Assembly: GCA_964344855.1 (NCBI GenBank)
Contig: CAYFOV010000009.1
Coordinates: forward strand, 28,235-92,234
Reading direction: 5' to 3'
Length of the DNA: 64,000 nucleotides
Source: an uncultured Candidatus Nemicrothrix sp.
Lineage (GTDB): Bacteria > Actinomycetota > Acidimicrobiia > Acidimicrobiales > MedAcidi-G1
The position numbers were made by a program, and so were the translations under genes. A model generated the notes under the pieces. That model saw only the letters and a program-made list of their open reading frames with translations, did no database searches and was not told the origin of the DNA. Shown in pieces: positions 1 to 8,763 of this stretch; the first letter of the stretch is position 1; every line of letters begins with the position of its first letter.

Positions 1-1
1 G

Positions 2-670
2 GGGCCGCTGGCGGTCCACGGGGTGCCGGGCACCGGTGCGGCCATCGCCATGGACTTCGGCGCAACCGCAGGGGGTGTGACCGGGGAACTCCTGCCGACG
101 GGAAGGGTGGCCAACCGGGTCGACACGCCATACGGACCCATCGAGGTGACGGTGATGGACCTGGCGAACGTGACGGCCTTCTTCAGCGCCGCCTCCGTCG
201 GCATGTCGGGCCACGAGGGTCCCGAGGGCTTCGGACCCGACCGGCTGGAGGCGGTGGCAGCGGTAAAGGCGGCGGCGGCGGCCCTGCTCGACATGGACCC
301 CGACGGCCTCGTTCCTGTGCCGGCGCTCGTCTCGGCCCCATCCCGCGACGCCCCCGTGCACCTGGTGGCGCGCGTGGTGGGCGGCCGGCCGCCCGTCCTG
401 CACAAGGCCTACCCCGGGACGCTGGCCGCCTGCACCGGGGTGGCGGCCCGCATCCCGGGGACCACGGTCCACTCTGTCGCCTCACCACCCGAGGGAGACG
501 AGGTGCGGATCGGCCATCCGGGCGGGGTCATGCCGGTCCGGGCCAGCGTGGTCGACGAGGGCGGCAGGTGGAGGGTCGAGCGCGCCGAGTTCGACCGCAC
601 CGCCCGCCGGATCGCCGAGGGAACGGCGTACGTGAGGCGGGGCTCGGCTCAGTTGGAAGATGTTGCCTGA
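2..670 (+). CDS. PrpF/GalD-family isomerase (2-methylaconitate isomerase / 4-oxalomesaconate tautomerase-like); 5' end lies outside the window
   Basis: The frame stays open to the window edge (..LAVHGVPGTGAAIAMDF..). The C-terminal half resembles PrpF-family proteins (VRIGHPGGVMPV.., ERAEFDRTARRIAEG). Its TGA overlaps the next ATG (ATGA at 668-672). Confidence 0.55.
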   Translation, partial: GPLAVHGVPGTGAAIAMDFGATAGGVTGELLPTGRVANRVDTPYGPIEVTVMDLANVTAFFSAASVGMSGHEGPEGFGPDRLEAVAAVKAAAAALLDMDPDGLVPVPALVSAPSRDAPVHLVARVVGGRPPVLHKAYPGTLAACTGVAARIPGTTVHSVASPPEGDEVRIGHPGGVMPVRASVVDEGGRWRVERAEFDRTARRIAEGTAYVRRGSAQLEDVA

Positions 671-1143
671 TGGCGTCGGGGGTGCTGTCCCTCAGGGTGA
701 ACGGCCGGGTCAGGCGGGTGCCCAGGTCCGACAACAGGACGCTGCTGGAGGTGCTGCGCCAGGACCTGGCCATGGTGGGCACCAAGCACGGCTGTGACCT
801 GGGGGAGTGCGGGGCCTGCACGGTCCTCCTGGACGGCAGGCCGGTGCTGGCCTGCCTGGTGCTGGCCGTCCAGGTGGGGGATCGCAGCGTCACGACCATC
901 GAGGGCATGGCCCGGGACGGCAGGCCCCACCCCCTCCAGGTGGCCTTCGCCGAGAATGGCGCGTCCCAGTGCGGCTACTGCACCCCGGCCATGCTGCTGG
1001 CATCCCTGGCCCTGCTGGACGAGGCCCCGGCCCCGGCCCCGGACGACATCAGGCGAGCCCTGGCAGGAAACCTCTGCCGCTGCACCGGCTACGGCAAGAT
1101 CATCGAGGCGATCGGGTCGGCCGCCGAAGGGGCCCGGGGCTGA
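670..1143 (+). CDS. hcrC: (2Fe-2S)-binding small subunit of a molybdenum hydroxylase; 4-hydroxybenzoyl-CoA reductase gamma-like
   Basis: Plant-type and second [2Fe-2S] motifs are present (CDLGECGACTVLLDG; QCGYCTPAML; CRCTGY). About 157 aa. ATGA overlap with the upstream gene and TGATG overlap with the large subunit. The small-large-medium order matches hcrCAB. Confidence 0.75.
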   Translation: MASGVLSLRVNGRVRRVPRSDNRTLLEVLRQDLAMVGTKHGCDLGECGACTVLLDGRPVLACLVLAVQVGDRSVTTIEGMARDGRPHPLQVAFAENGASQCGYCTPAMLLASLALLDEAPAPAPDDIRRALAGNLCRCTGYGKIIEAIGSAAEGARG

Positions 1144-3518
1144 TGGGGGTCGCCCACAGCGTCGTGGGGCGGGCCCTGCCGCGGGTCGACTCGATGGAGC
1201 AGGCCACAGGGGGGACCCGCTTCGCCGACGACCTGGTCCTTCCCGGGACGCTGGTCGGACGGCACCTCCTGAGCACCCACCCCCACGCCGCCATAGCGGG
1301 CATCGACACCAGCCGGGCCGAGGCCCTCGAGGGCGTCAGGGCGGTCATCACCGGCCCGGACCTGCCCACCACCTACGGCATCCTCCCCGTCAGCCAGGAG
1401 GAGCACGCCCTGGCCCTGGACCGGGTCCGCTACGTGGGGGAGCCCGTGGCGGCCGTTGCGGCCGACGACGACGCCACCGCCGACCGGGCGCTGGCGCTGA
1501 TCAGGGTGGACTACGAGCCCCTCGGGGAGGTGCTCGACCTGGAGCAGGGCCTGGCCCACGACCTTCCCCTGATCCACGGCGAGGGGACCGGCCCCAACGT
1601 GCACAGGTCGGTGGCGCTCGAGTTCGGCGACGTCGATGAGGGCTTCGGCCTGGCCGACCACGTCCGCGAGGACGTCTTCCACTACAGCGGCAGCACCCAC
1701 GCAGCTCTCGAGACCCACTGCGCCCTGGCCTCGTTCGACGCCACCGGGAAGCTCACGATCTGGTCGTCCACCCAGGTTCCCCACTACCTGCACCGTGCCC
1801 TCGAAAGGGTGCTCGGGCTCCCGGCCGGCCGCATCAGGGTGGTGGCCACGCCCAACGGCGGCGGGTTCGGCGGCAAGACCGAGCCCTTCTCGCACGAGTT
1901 CACCGCAGCCAGGCTGTCGATGCTCACGGGCCGTCCGGTCCGCATCAACCTCACCCGGGAGGAGGTCTTCTACGCCCACAGGGGACGCCACCCCGTGCTC
2001 ATGTGGGTGAGGACCGGCTTCGCGGCCGACGGCCGCATCACCGCCATGCACTTCCGGTCCTTCCTCGACGGCGGCGCCCACAGCAGCTACGGGATCGTGT
2101 CCCTCTACTACACGGGCGCCCTGCAGACCACCACCTACCGGATCCCCAACTACCGCTTCGAGGGGGTCCGGGTCTTCACCAACAAACCGGCGTGCGGTCC
2201 CAAGAGGGGCCACGGCACGCCCCAGCCCAGGTTCGCCGTCGAGTGCCAACTGGACCGGGCCGCCAAGGACCTGGGCCTGGACCCGGTCGGGATCAGGTTG
2301 GTGAACGCGGTGGAGCCCGACTCGAGGACCGTCAACCACCTGCGCATCACCAGCTGCGGCCTCCGCGACTGCATCGCCGAGGTGGTGGCGGCGTCGGACT
2401 ACACGGCGAAGCACGGTCGCATGCCACGCGGTGCAGGGGTGGGCCTGGCGGTCGGGGCCTACATGTCCGGGGCCGGCCTGCCCATCTACTGGAATGACAT
2501 GCCACAGTCCGAGGTCCAGGTGAGGGTGGACCGGGGCGGCGGGGTGACCGCCTACTCGATGGCCGCCGACGTCGGCCAGGGTTCGACGACGATGCTGGCC
2601 ACGGTGGTGGCCGAGACCCTCGGCCTGCAGCCGTCGGAGATCACCATGGTCACCGCCGACACCGACCTCACGCCGGTGGACCTCGGCAGCTACTCCAGCC
2701 GGGTGACGTTCATGGCCGGCAACGCCGCTCTGGAGGCGTCCCGGGAGGTTCGGGACCGTGTGGTCCAGGCGGTGGCCGAGCGGCTGGAGGCCAACCCAGG
2801 CGACCTGGTGCTGGAGGGCGGACGGGTGGCCGTGGCCGGCGACCCGGACGGAGGCGTGGGCTGGCCCGAGGCGGCCCGCATGGCCATCGCCGCGGGTGGC
2901 CCCCTGACGGGGTCAGGTAGCTACAGGGCCCCCGAACTGGCAGGTCCCTACCGGGGATCCGGCGTCGGCATCTCGCCCGCCTACAGCTACTCGGCTTGCG
3001 TGGCCCAGGTCCGGTGCGACGAGGAAACGGGAATGGTCACCGTGGAGAGGGTCTGGCTGGCGCACGACGTGGGGAAGGCGATCAACCGGCTGCTGGTCGA
3101 GGGGCAGATGGAGGGCGGCGTCTACATGGGCCTGGGAGAGGCGTTGTTCGAGGAGCAGGCCTTCCGAGGCGGCCTGCACAGGGGACCCAGCCTGCTCGAC
3201 TACAAGATCCCGACGGCGCTCGAGATGCCGCCGGTGGAGTCCATCGTCGTCGAGTCCATCGACCCCGAGGGTCCATTCGGTGCCAAGGAGGTGGGTCAGG
3301 GACCCCTCCTGGCGGTGGTGCCGGCCGTGGCCAACGCCGTCTACGACGCCCTGGGCGTGCGCGTCGACGAGGTCCCCATCACCCCCTACAAGGTCGTGTC
3401 GGCGCTGCGCGATCGACGTCGCGGCGGTGGGGGGAGGTTCGGCCCCGACACGGTGCCCGACTTCGACTTCGGTGAACCCGTGAGGGTGCGGCCACCTGAG
3501 GGGTCGGTGGTCCCGTGA
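1143..3518 (+). CDS. hcrA: Molybdopterin-binding large subunit of the xanthine dehydrogenase family; 4-hydroxybenzoyl-CoA reductase alpha-like
   Basis: About 791 aa. N-terminus is typical of the family (VGRALPRVDSMEQATGGTRFADD). Also has GGGFGGK and the aldehyde oxidase/XDH a/b-hammerhead and Mo-binding blocks. The start was chosen at the ATG that overlaps the hcrC stop. Confidence 0.75.
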   Translation: MGVAHSVVGRALPRVDSMEQATGGTRFADDLVLPGTLVGRHLLSTHPHAAIAGIDTSRAEALEGVRAVITGPDLPTTYGILPVSQEEHALALDRVRYVGEPVAAVAADDDATADRALALIRVDYEPLGEVLDLEQGLAHDLPLIHGEGTGPNVHRSVALEFGDVDEGFGLADHVREDVFHYSGSTHAALETHCALASFDATGKLTIWSSTQVPHYLHRALERVLGLPAGRIRVVATPNGGGFGGKTEPFSHEFTAARLSMLTGRPVRINLTREEVFYAHRGRHPVLMWVRTGFAADGRITAMHFRSFLDGGAHSSYGIVSLYYTGALQTTTYRIPNYRFEGVRVFTNKPACGPKRGHGTPQPRFAVECQLDRAAKDLGLDPVGIRLVNAVEPDSRTVNHLRITSCGLRDCIAEVVAASDYTAKHGRMPRGAGVGLAVGAYMSGAGLPIYWNDMPQSEVQVRVDRGGGVTAYSMAADVGQGSTTMLATVVAETLGLQPSEITMVTADTDLTPVDLGSYSSRVTFMAGNAALEASREVRDRVVQAVAERLEANPGDLVLEGGRVAVAGDPDGGVGWPEAARMAIAAGGPLTGSGSYRAPELAGPYRGSGVGISPAYSYSACVAQVRCDEETGMVTVERVWLAHDVGKAINRLLVEGQMEGGVYMGLGEALFEEQAFRGGLHRGPSLLDYKIPTALEMPPVESIVVESIDPEGPFGAKEVGQGPLLAVVPAVANAVYDALGVRVDEVPITPYKVVSALRDRRRGGGGRFGPDTVPDFDFGEPVRVRPPEGSVVP

Positions 3519-4579
3519 ACATGCGGCTCCCCGACTTCGAGTACGTGGTGCCCGGGACGGTCGCCGAGGCGGCCCTGCTGCTCTCCGAGCCCGGGCTGGC
3601 GTCGGCCGTGGTAGGCGGCGGGACCGACCTGTTCCCCAGGATGAAGCGCCGCCAGCAGGTCCCGACCACCCTCGTGTCGCTGTCGGGCATCGACGAGATG
3701 CGGGGAATCCGGCTGGCAGGCGACACCTGCGTTGTCGGGGCATCGACGACCCTCGCAGAACTGGAGCGCTCGCACCTGGTTCCCACGGCTCTGTCGGCGG
3801 CCGCCGGACAGGTCGCATCGCCGCAGGTGCGCAACACAGCCACGGTCGGCGGGAACCTGCGCCTCGAGACCCGGTGCAACTACGCCGACATGCCGCCCAC
3901 CTGGAGGGAGGCCTGCGGCCACTGCCTCAAGGAGGGCGGCGACGTCTGCTGGGTGGCCCCCAGGGGCGACAGGTGCTGGGCGGTCAACTCGTCCGACCTG
4001 GCGCCGGTGTCCATCGCTCTAGGGGCGTCGGTGCGGCTGGTCGGCCCGGGCGGCGAACGGGTGCTCCCCGTCGAGGACCTCTATCGGGACGACGGCATCG
4101 CCTACCACTCCATGGAACGCGGCGAGGTCATCGTCGGGCTGCTGGTCCCTGACGACCCACCGCGCGCCGCCTACCGGAAGCTCCGCCGTCGGGGCTCGAT
4201 CGACTTCCCGCTGCTCGGTGTGGCCGTCTCGGGCAGGTTCGACGCGTCAGGGACCTGCACGGAGGCGCGGGTGGTCATCGGCGCCGTCGCTCCTGCCCCC
4301 ATCCGGGCCGGGGAGGCCGAGGCCCTCCTCGTGGGGAGGCACCTCACCGACGACGTGGTCCGGGAGGCGGCCGATGCGGCGTCGCATCCGGTCAGGCCCC
4401 AGGACAACACCGACACCGGCTCCCGCTACCGGAAGTGGATGGCCTCGGTGCAGGCGGGCCGCGCTCTGGAGGACCTGGCACAGGACGGCGGGCGGGAGGT
4501 CGGCGGGGAAGGCGGCGCAGAAGCCGGCGCAGAAGCCGGCACAGAAGAAGCCGGAGACACGAGCGGACGGGAGGCCTGA
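3515..4579 (+). CDS. hcrB: FAD-binding medium subunit of a molybdenum hydroxylase with a Cys-rich insertion; 4-hydroxybenzoyl-CoA reductase beta-like
   Basis: CoxM-like FAD domain (VVGGGTDLFPRMK, TVGGNL). It carries an insertion with C-x15-C-x7-C-x8-C (Cys121/137/145/154). The C-terminus is an Ala/Gly/Glu-rich tail. Confidence 0.7.
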   Translation: MNMRLPDFEYVVPGTVAEAALLLSEPGLASAVVGGGTDLFPRMKRRQQVPTTLVSLSGIDEMRGIRLAGDTCVVGASTTLAELERSHLVPTALSAAAGQVASPQVRNTATVGGNLRLETRCNYADMPPTWREACGHCLKEGGDVCWVAPRGDRCWAVNSSDLAPVSIALGASVRLVGPGGERVLPVEDLYRDDGIAYHSMERGEVIVGLLVPDDPPRAAYRKLRRRGSIDFPLLGVAVSGRFDASGTCTEARVVIGAVAPAPIRAGEAEALLVGRHLTDDVVREAADAASHPVRPQDNTDTGSRYRKWMASVQAGRALEDLAQDGGREVGGEGGAEAGAEAGTEEAGDTSGREA

Positions 4580-4583
4580 GGCG

Positions 4584-5648
4584 GTGACGGGAGACCAGGG
4601 CAGGTACTCGTGGCGGATGGTCCAGCCGGGCCGGCCGCTGGAGCTCCACGGCTCCGCCGGCCGCCGCGCCGGCCCGGGCGAGGTGCTGGTCGAGGTGGCG
4701 GGCTGCGGGGTCTGCCACACCGACGTGGGCTTCTACGACGGCTCGGTCAGGACCCGCGCCGACCTCCCCCTGGTGCTGGGCCATGAGGTGAGCGGCACGG
4801 TCGTGGAGGCGGGAGAGGGTGCTGGCGAGTTGGTCGGGAGCGGTGTGCTGGTGGCCGCGGTCATCCCCTGCGGATGCTGCCAGATGTGCTCGGCGGGCAG
4901 GGGCAACGTGTGCGGCGACCAGCTGATGCCGGGCAACGACCTGGACGGTGGGTTCGCGACCCACCTCACGGTGCCGGCTACAGGCGTCTTCGCCTGCGGT
5001 GACCTGCCCGCGGGGTACGGCCTGGCCGACATGGCCGTGGTGGCCGACGCCCTCACCACCCCGCTCCAGGCCATCAGGCGGGCGGGGGTGGCCGAGGGCG
5101 ACACCGTGGTCGTCGTCGGCACGGGCGGCGTCGGCGGCTTCGCCGTCCAGGTGGCAGCGGCGTCCGGCGGAACCGTCGTGGCCCTCGACGTCGACGACGG
5201 GCGCCTGGCCGCCCTCGACGACCATGGGGCCGCCGCCTCCCTGAACGTTCGGGGAATGTCACCCCGCGGGGTCCGCGAGGCTGTGAGGGAGCTGGTCGCC
5301 TCCCTCGGAGCGTCGGAGGTCGGCTGGAAGGTCTTCGAGTGCTCGGGCACCGCATCCGGGCAGGAGACCGCCTTCGGCCTGGTCGGCACGGCGGCCACCC
5401 TGGCCGTGGTGGGCTTCACGAGGGACAAGGTGTCCATCAGGCTCTCCAACCTGATGGCCTTCGACGCCACGGCGTTCGGCAGCTGGGGCTGCCCGCCCGA
5501 GCGCTATCCGGAGGCCATCCACCTGGTCACGTCGGGACAGGTGGACCTGCTGCCCTTCATCCGCAGGGTGCCGATGGCCGACGTCATGTCGGTCCTGGCC
5601 CCCGGCGGCGGCCACGGCGACCCGCGGCGGCCGGTGCTGGTCCCGTGA
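4584..5648 (+). CDS. had: Zn-dependent alcohol dehydrogenase family; 6-hydroxycyclohex-1-ene-1-carbonyl-CoA dehydrogenase-like
   Basis: GCGVCHTDVGFYDGSVRT..LVLGHEVSG zinc-ADH signature and GTGGVGGFAVQ Rossmann motif. Sits between hcrB and oah. Start set at GTG 4584, 5 nt after the hcrB stop; ATG 4617 is an alternative. Confidence 0.65.
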   Translation: MTGDQGRYSWRMVQPGRPLELHGSAGRRAGPGEVLVEVAGCGVCHTDVGFYDGSVRTRADLPLVLGHEVSGTVVEAGEGAGELVGSGVLVAAVIPCGCCQMCSAGRGNVCGDQLMPGNDLDGGFATHLTVPATGVFACGDLPAGYGLADMAVVADALTTPLQAIRRAGVAEGDTVVVVGTGGVGGFAVQVAAASGGTVVALDVDDGRLAALDDHGAAASLNVRGMSPRGVREAVRELVASLGASEVGWKVFECSGTASGQETAFGLVGTAATLAVVGFTRDKVSIRLSNLMAFDATAFGSWGCPPERYPEAIHLVTSGQVDLLPFIRRVPMADVMSVLAPGGGHGDPRRPVLVP

Positions 5649-5769
5649 GTAGGTCCGCCGCGCCGCCAGGCGCCCCTACCCGGAGGTCCCGGTCAGGTAA
5701 CCCCGCTCCGGGGATCCAACCCCATGAATCCCAGCCCAGAGAGCCGAATCCACAGAAAGGCACGAAGCG

Positions 5770-6870
5770 ATGGAACAGGTGAGCCACGACCTCGACCCGG
5801 CAAGGGAGTTCACAGAGATCCTCTACGAGCACCGGCCGGTGTTCGACGCGGAGGGAACCGAGGTGGACGGCCTCCACGTCGTCTGGATCACCCTGGACAA
5901 CCCCCGCCAACTCAACTCGTACACGACGGAGTCGGTGAAGGACCTCATCCTGGCCTTCCGCCGGGCCTCCGTCGACCGGGCGGCGGTGGCCGTGGTGTTC
6001 ACCGGGGTGGGTGACCGGGCCTTCTGCACTGGGGGCAACACCGAGGAGTACTCGGAGTACTACGCCGGTCAGCCCGGTGAGTACCGCCAGTACATGCGGC
6101 TCTTCAACGACATGGTCTCGGCGATCCTGTCCTGCGACAAGCCCGTGATCAACCGGGTCAACGGTATGCGGATCGGCGGTGGCCAGGAGATCGGGATGGC
6201 CTGCGACTTCACCCTGGCTTCCGACCTGGCGCGCTTCGGACAGGCCGGCCCCAAGCACGGATCGGCTCCCGACGGAGGCTCCACCGACTTCCTGCACCTG
6301 TACGTCGGCTGGAGCGAGGCCGTTGCCAGCTGTGCCCTGTGCGAGCCGTGGAGCGCACACCAGGCGGCCCGCCTGGGCCTGGTCAACGAGATCTACCCGG
6401 TGCTCAGGGTGGACGGCCGGTTCGTTCCGAACCCGCTGGTCGTGACCGATCGCTACCTCGACGAGTGGGGCAGGATCATCCACGGCGAGGCCAAGACCGG
6501 TGAGGAGCTGGAGGCCGGCAAGGCGCTCCTGAAGTCAGGGACCGTCGACTTCGAGCTGCTCGACAGGGGAGTCGACGCGGTCGTAACCAAACTGCTCCAC
6601 ACGATGCCCGACTGCACACAGAAGACCATCGAGTCGCTCAGGAAGAAGAAGTTGGAGCACTGGGACCAGAACCGCGAGACCAACCGCGCCTGGCTGTCGC
6701 TGAACATGATGACCGAGGCCCGGGCCGGCTTCCAGGCCTTCCACCGGGGCGACCGGGAGGTGGGACGCGAGGTCGACTTCGTCGACCTCCGGCGGCGCCT
6801 TGCCGCGGGGGAGCGCTGGGGGGAGGACCTGGTGAGGGCGGTCTCGCCCCAGCACAGGCAGGACAAGTGA
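5770..6870 (+). CDS. oah: Long crotonase-family protein; 6-oxocyclohex-1-ene-1-carbonyl-CoA hydrolase-like (ring-cleaving Oah/BamA type)
   Basis: 366 aa crotonase fold (VVFTGVGDRAFCTGGN, INRVNGMRIGGGQEIGMACDF) with the long C-terminal extension typical of Oah. Flanked by had and dch. Confidence 0.7.
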   Translation: MEQVSHDLDPAREFTEILYEHRPVFDAEGTEVDGLHVVWITLDNPRQLNSYTTESVKDLILAFRRASVDRAAVAVVFTGVGDRAFCTGGNTEEYSEYYAGQPGEYRQYMRLFNDMVSAILSCDKPVINRVNGMRIGGGQEIGMACDFTLASDLARFGQAGPKHGSAPDGGSTDFLHLYVGWSEAVASCALCEPWSAHQAARLGLVNEIYPVLRVDGRFVPNPLVVTDRYLDEWGRIIHGEAKTGEELEAGKALLKSGTVDFELLDRGVDAVVTKLLHTMPDCTQKTIESLRKKKLEHWDQNRETNRAWLSLNMMTEARAGFQAFHRGDREVGREVDFVDLRRRLAAGERWGEDLVRAVSPQHRQDK

Positions 6871-7631
6871 GCGTGGGCCTCGTCCGCCACGAGGTCTCGC
6901 GGGGGGGTGCCGTCCACACGGTCACCCTCGACGCTCCGAGGGGGAACGTGGTCGACATCGCCATGTGCGGGCAGTTGCGGCCTGCGATCGCGGCTGCGGC
7001 GTCCTCGGAGGAGGCCAGGGTCCTGGTGCTCAGGGGGGCCGGGTCCGACTTCTGCTTCGGGGCCAGCGTCGCCGAGCACCTGCCGGAGGTGGCCCCACGG
7101 ATGCTGGAGGCCTTCGGCGGCGTCATCCGGGACCTCGTGGGCTTTCCCCTTCCGACTCTGGCCGCCGTGCAGGGCAGGTGCCTGGGGGGAGGCCTGGAGC
7201 TGGCGCTGGCGTGCGGGATCGTGGTCGCCGAGGAGGGGGCGGTGCTGGGGAGCCCCGAGATCCGGCTCGGGGTGCTGGCCCCCGCGGCTGCCGCCATGCT
7301 GCCGCGGAGGGCGGCCGAGGAGGTGCTCCTCACAGGGCGCGACCTCTCCGCGGCCGAGGCCGGGGCGCTCGGCATCGTCAGCCGGGTTGTCCCCGACGGT
7401 GGCCTGGACGCCGCCGTGGACGGGTACGTCGACGAGCACTTCGTACCCAGGTCGGCCAGCTCGCTGCGCCTGGCGACCGGCCTGGTGAGGAGGCTGAACG
7501 GGCGCAGCCTCGAGGAGAGGCTGGCCGAGGCCGAGCGCACCTACGTCGAGGACCTGCTCGCCACCCACGACGGCGTCGAGGGGATCCGGGCCTTCGTGGA
7601 GAAGCGGCCGCCGGAGTGGCGGAACCGCTGA
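6867..7631 (+). CDS. dch: Enoyl-CoA hydratase family; cyclohexa-1,5-diene-1-carbonyl-CoA hydratase-like
   Basis: 254 aa crotonase (LRGAGSDFCFGASV, GRCLGGGLELALAC, GIRAFVEKRPPEW). GTGA overlap with the oah stop. Confidence 0.65.
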   Translation: MSVGLVRHEVSRGGAVHTVTLDAPRGNVVDIAMCGQLRPAIAAAASSEEARVLVLRGAGSDFCFGASVAEHLPEVAPRMLEAFGGVIRDLVGFPLPTLAAVQGRCLGGGLELALACGIVVAEEGAVLGSPEIRLGVLAPAAAAMLPRRAAEEVLLTGRDLSAAEAGALGIVSRVVPDGGLDAAVDGYVDEHFVPRSASSLRLATGLVRRLNGRSLEERLAEAERTYVEDLLATHDGVEGIRAFVEKRPPEWRNR

Positions 7632-7658
7632 GCCGTTGCCGGCTCAGCCAGCCGGTGC

Positions 7659-7934
7659 TCAGGAACCCAGGCCCGACCCGCGGGTGAACAGGACCGTGCA
7701 CTCCGAGGTGGCCGAGACGGCGCAGGCGGTGCAGGCCCCACCGAACGTGGCGGGGTCCAGGTCGGCGACGGCGGTCTCGAACCCGAGCGACGAGTAGAGC
7801 TCCCGGAGCTCCTCCAGCCTCGACCTGTCGCCGACGGTGCGACGGACCCAGCCGTCGGCCTCGAGGTCGCCCCCTCCGCGCACGGCGATTCCGGCCGAGC
7901 AGTACAGGACCCCGGGGGCCGGGTCTGCGCCCAC
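7659..7934 (-). CDS. Hypothetical small Cys-containing protein (91 aa) immediately downstream of the reductase ATPase genes
   Basis: High GC3 ORF with a GTG start 5 nt after the upstream TAG stop. Four Cys (C12, CTAC, SEC). No canonical ferredoxin CxxCxxCxxxCP motif and no family recognised. Confidence 0.35.
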   Translation of the reverse strand: MGADPAPGVLYCSAGIAVRGGGDLEADGWVRRTVGDRSRLEELRELYSSLGFETAVADLDPATFGGACTACAVSATSECTVLFTRGSGLGS

Positions 7935-7938
7935 AGCC

Positions 7939-8763
7939 CTAGCCGACCGTGGCCGTGGCCGTCCCGCCGGCCCCGATCTTCTCCAGGCGCCGGCGCCCCA
8001 GGATCGCGCAGCCGAGGGCGTGGACGTGCTGGACCATCCCGGCGTCGGGGATGTTCACCTCCGAGTCCAGCATCTCGGCGACCAGCCTCCCCATGGTCTC
8101 GAACCGGAGGATCCCGCCGATGAGGGTGAACTCGGGCTCCGCCCGGACCCGCTTCATGAGCTGGACCGAACGGCCCGTCAGCGACTCGATGGCACCCTGC
8201 ATGATGTCGGCCGGGGCGGTTCCGAGGGAGAGGTGGTTGATCACCTCGGACTCGGCGAACACGGCGCACACCCCGGAGATGGGCACCGAGCCCCTGGAGG
8301 TCGTCATGAGTGGGCCGATCTCCCCGGTGGTGTACCCCATGTAGCGGGCGGTCTTCTCGAGGAACGCCCCCGTGCCGGCCGCGCACTTGTCGTTCAGCCT
8401 GAACGAGAGCACCCTGGCGGCGTCGTCCACCCGGCTGGCCTTCATGGTCTGGCCGCCCACGTCCAGGATGGTGCGTGTGCCCGGGAAGAGGTGCCTGGCA
8501 CCGTGGGCGCAGGCGGTCAGGTCCGTCACGTGCAGGTCCTTGAAGTCGACCTGGTGGCGGCCGGCACCCGTGGCTATCACGTACGAGACGTCACCCTCGT
8601 CGAGGGAGGCGTCGTCCAGGGCCATCTCGTAGACGGTCCGGGCCACCTCCCTGAGCCGGAAGCCCGTCGGGGCCATCGCCCTGCCCAGGACCGTCCCGTC
8701 CTCGGCCTGGATGACCGCCTTGGTGTAGGTGGATCCGACGTCCACCCCGGCGGTGCTGATCAC
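7939..8763 (-). CDS. bzdQ: BadF/BadG/BcrA/BcrD-type ATPase subunit of benzoyl-CoA reductase (bzd-type; Q assigned by gene order only)
   Basis: [16 protein letters not shown]-binding N-terminus. Cluster-bridging Cys motifs [11 protein letters not shown] and [11 protein letters not shown]. About 274 aa. The GTG start overlaps the upstream stop (GTGA at 8760-8763). Confidence 0.7.
   Translation of the reverse strand: MISTAGVDVGSTYTKAVIQAEDGTVLGRAMAPTGFRLREVARTVYEMALDDASLDEGDVSYVIATGAGRHQVDFKDLHVTDLTACAHGARHLFPGTRTILDVGGQTMKASRVDDAARVLSFRLNDKCAAGTGAFLEKTARYMGYTTGEIGPLMTTSRGSVPISGVCAVFAESEVINHLSLGTAPADIMQGAIESLTGRSVQLMKRVRAEPEFTLIGGILRFETMGRLVAEMLDSEVNIPDAGMVQHVHALGCAILGRRRLEKIGAGGTATATVG

Noticed and set aside
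1089-2414. Long antisense or out-of-frame ORFs throughout the window, for example 1089..2414(-), 9484..10956(+), 15864..17624(+), 30302..32908(-), 38630..40099(+), 55257..56438(+), 58058..59842(+) and 58884..60968(+).
   Set aside because: Their translations are Arg/Gly/Pro/Ala-rich low-complexity sequence typical of high-GC shadow frames. Each overlaps a gene with clear family motifs on the other strand or in another frame.
7659-7934. Calling the small ORF after bzdQ a ferredoxin (bzdM/fdx equivalent).
   Set aside because: It has only four Cys and no CxxCxxCxxxCP or other recognisable Fe-S motif. It is kept as a hypothetical protein.
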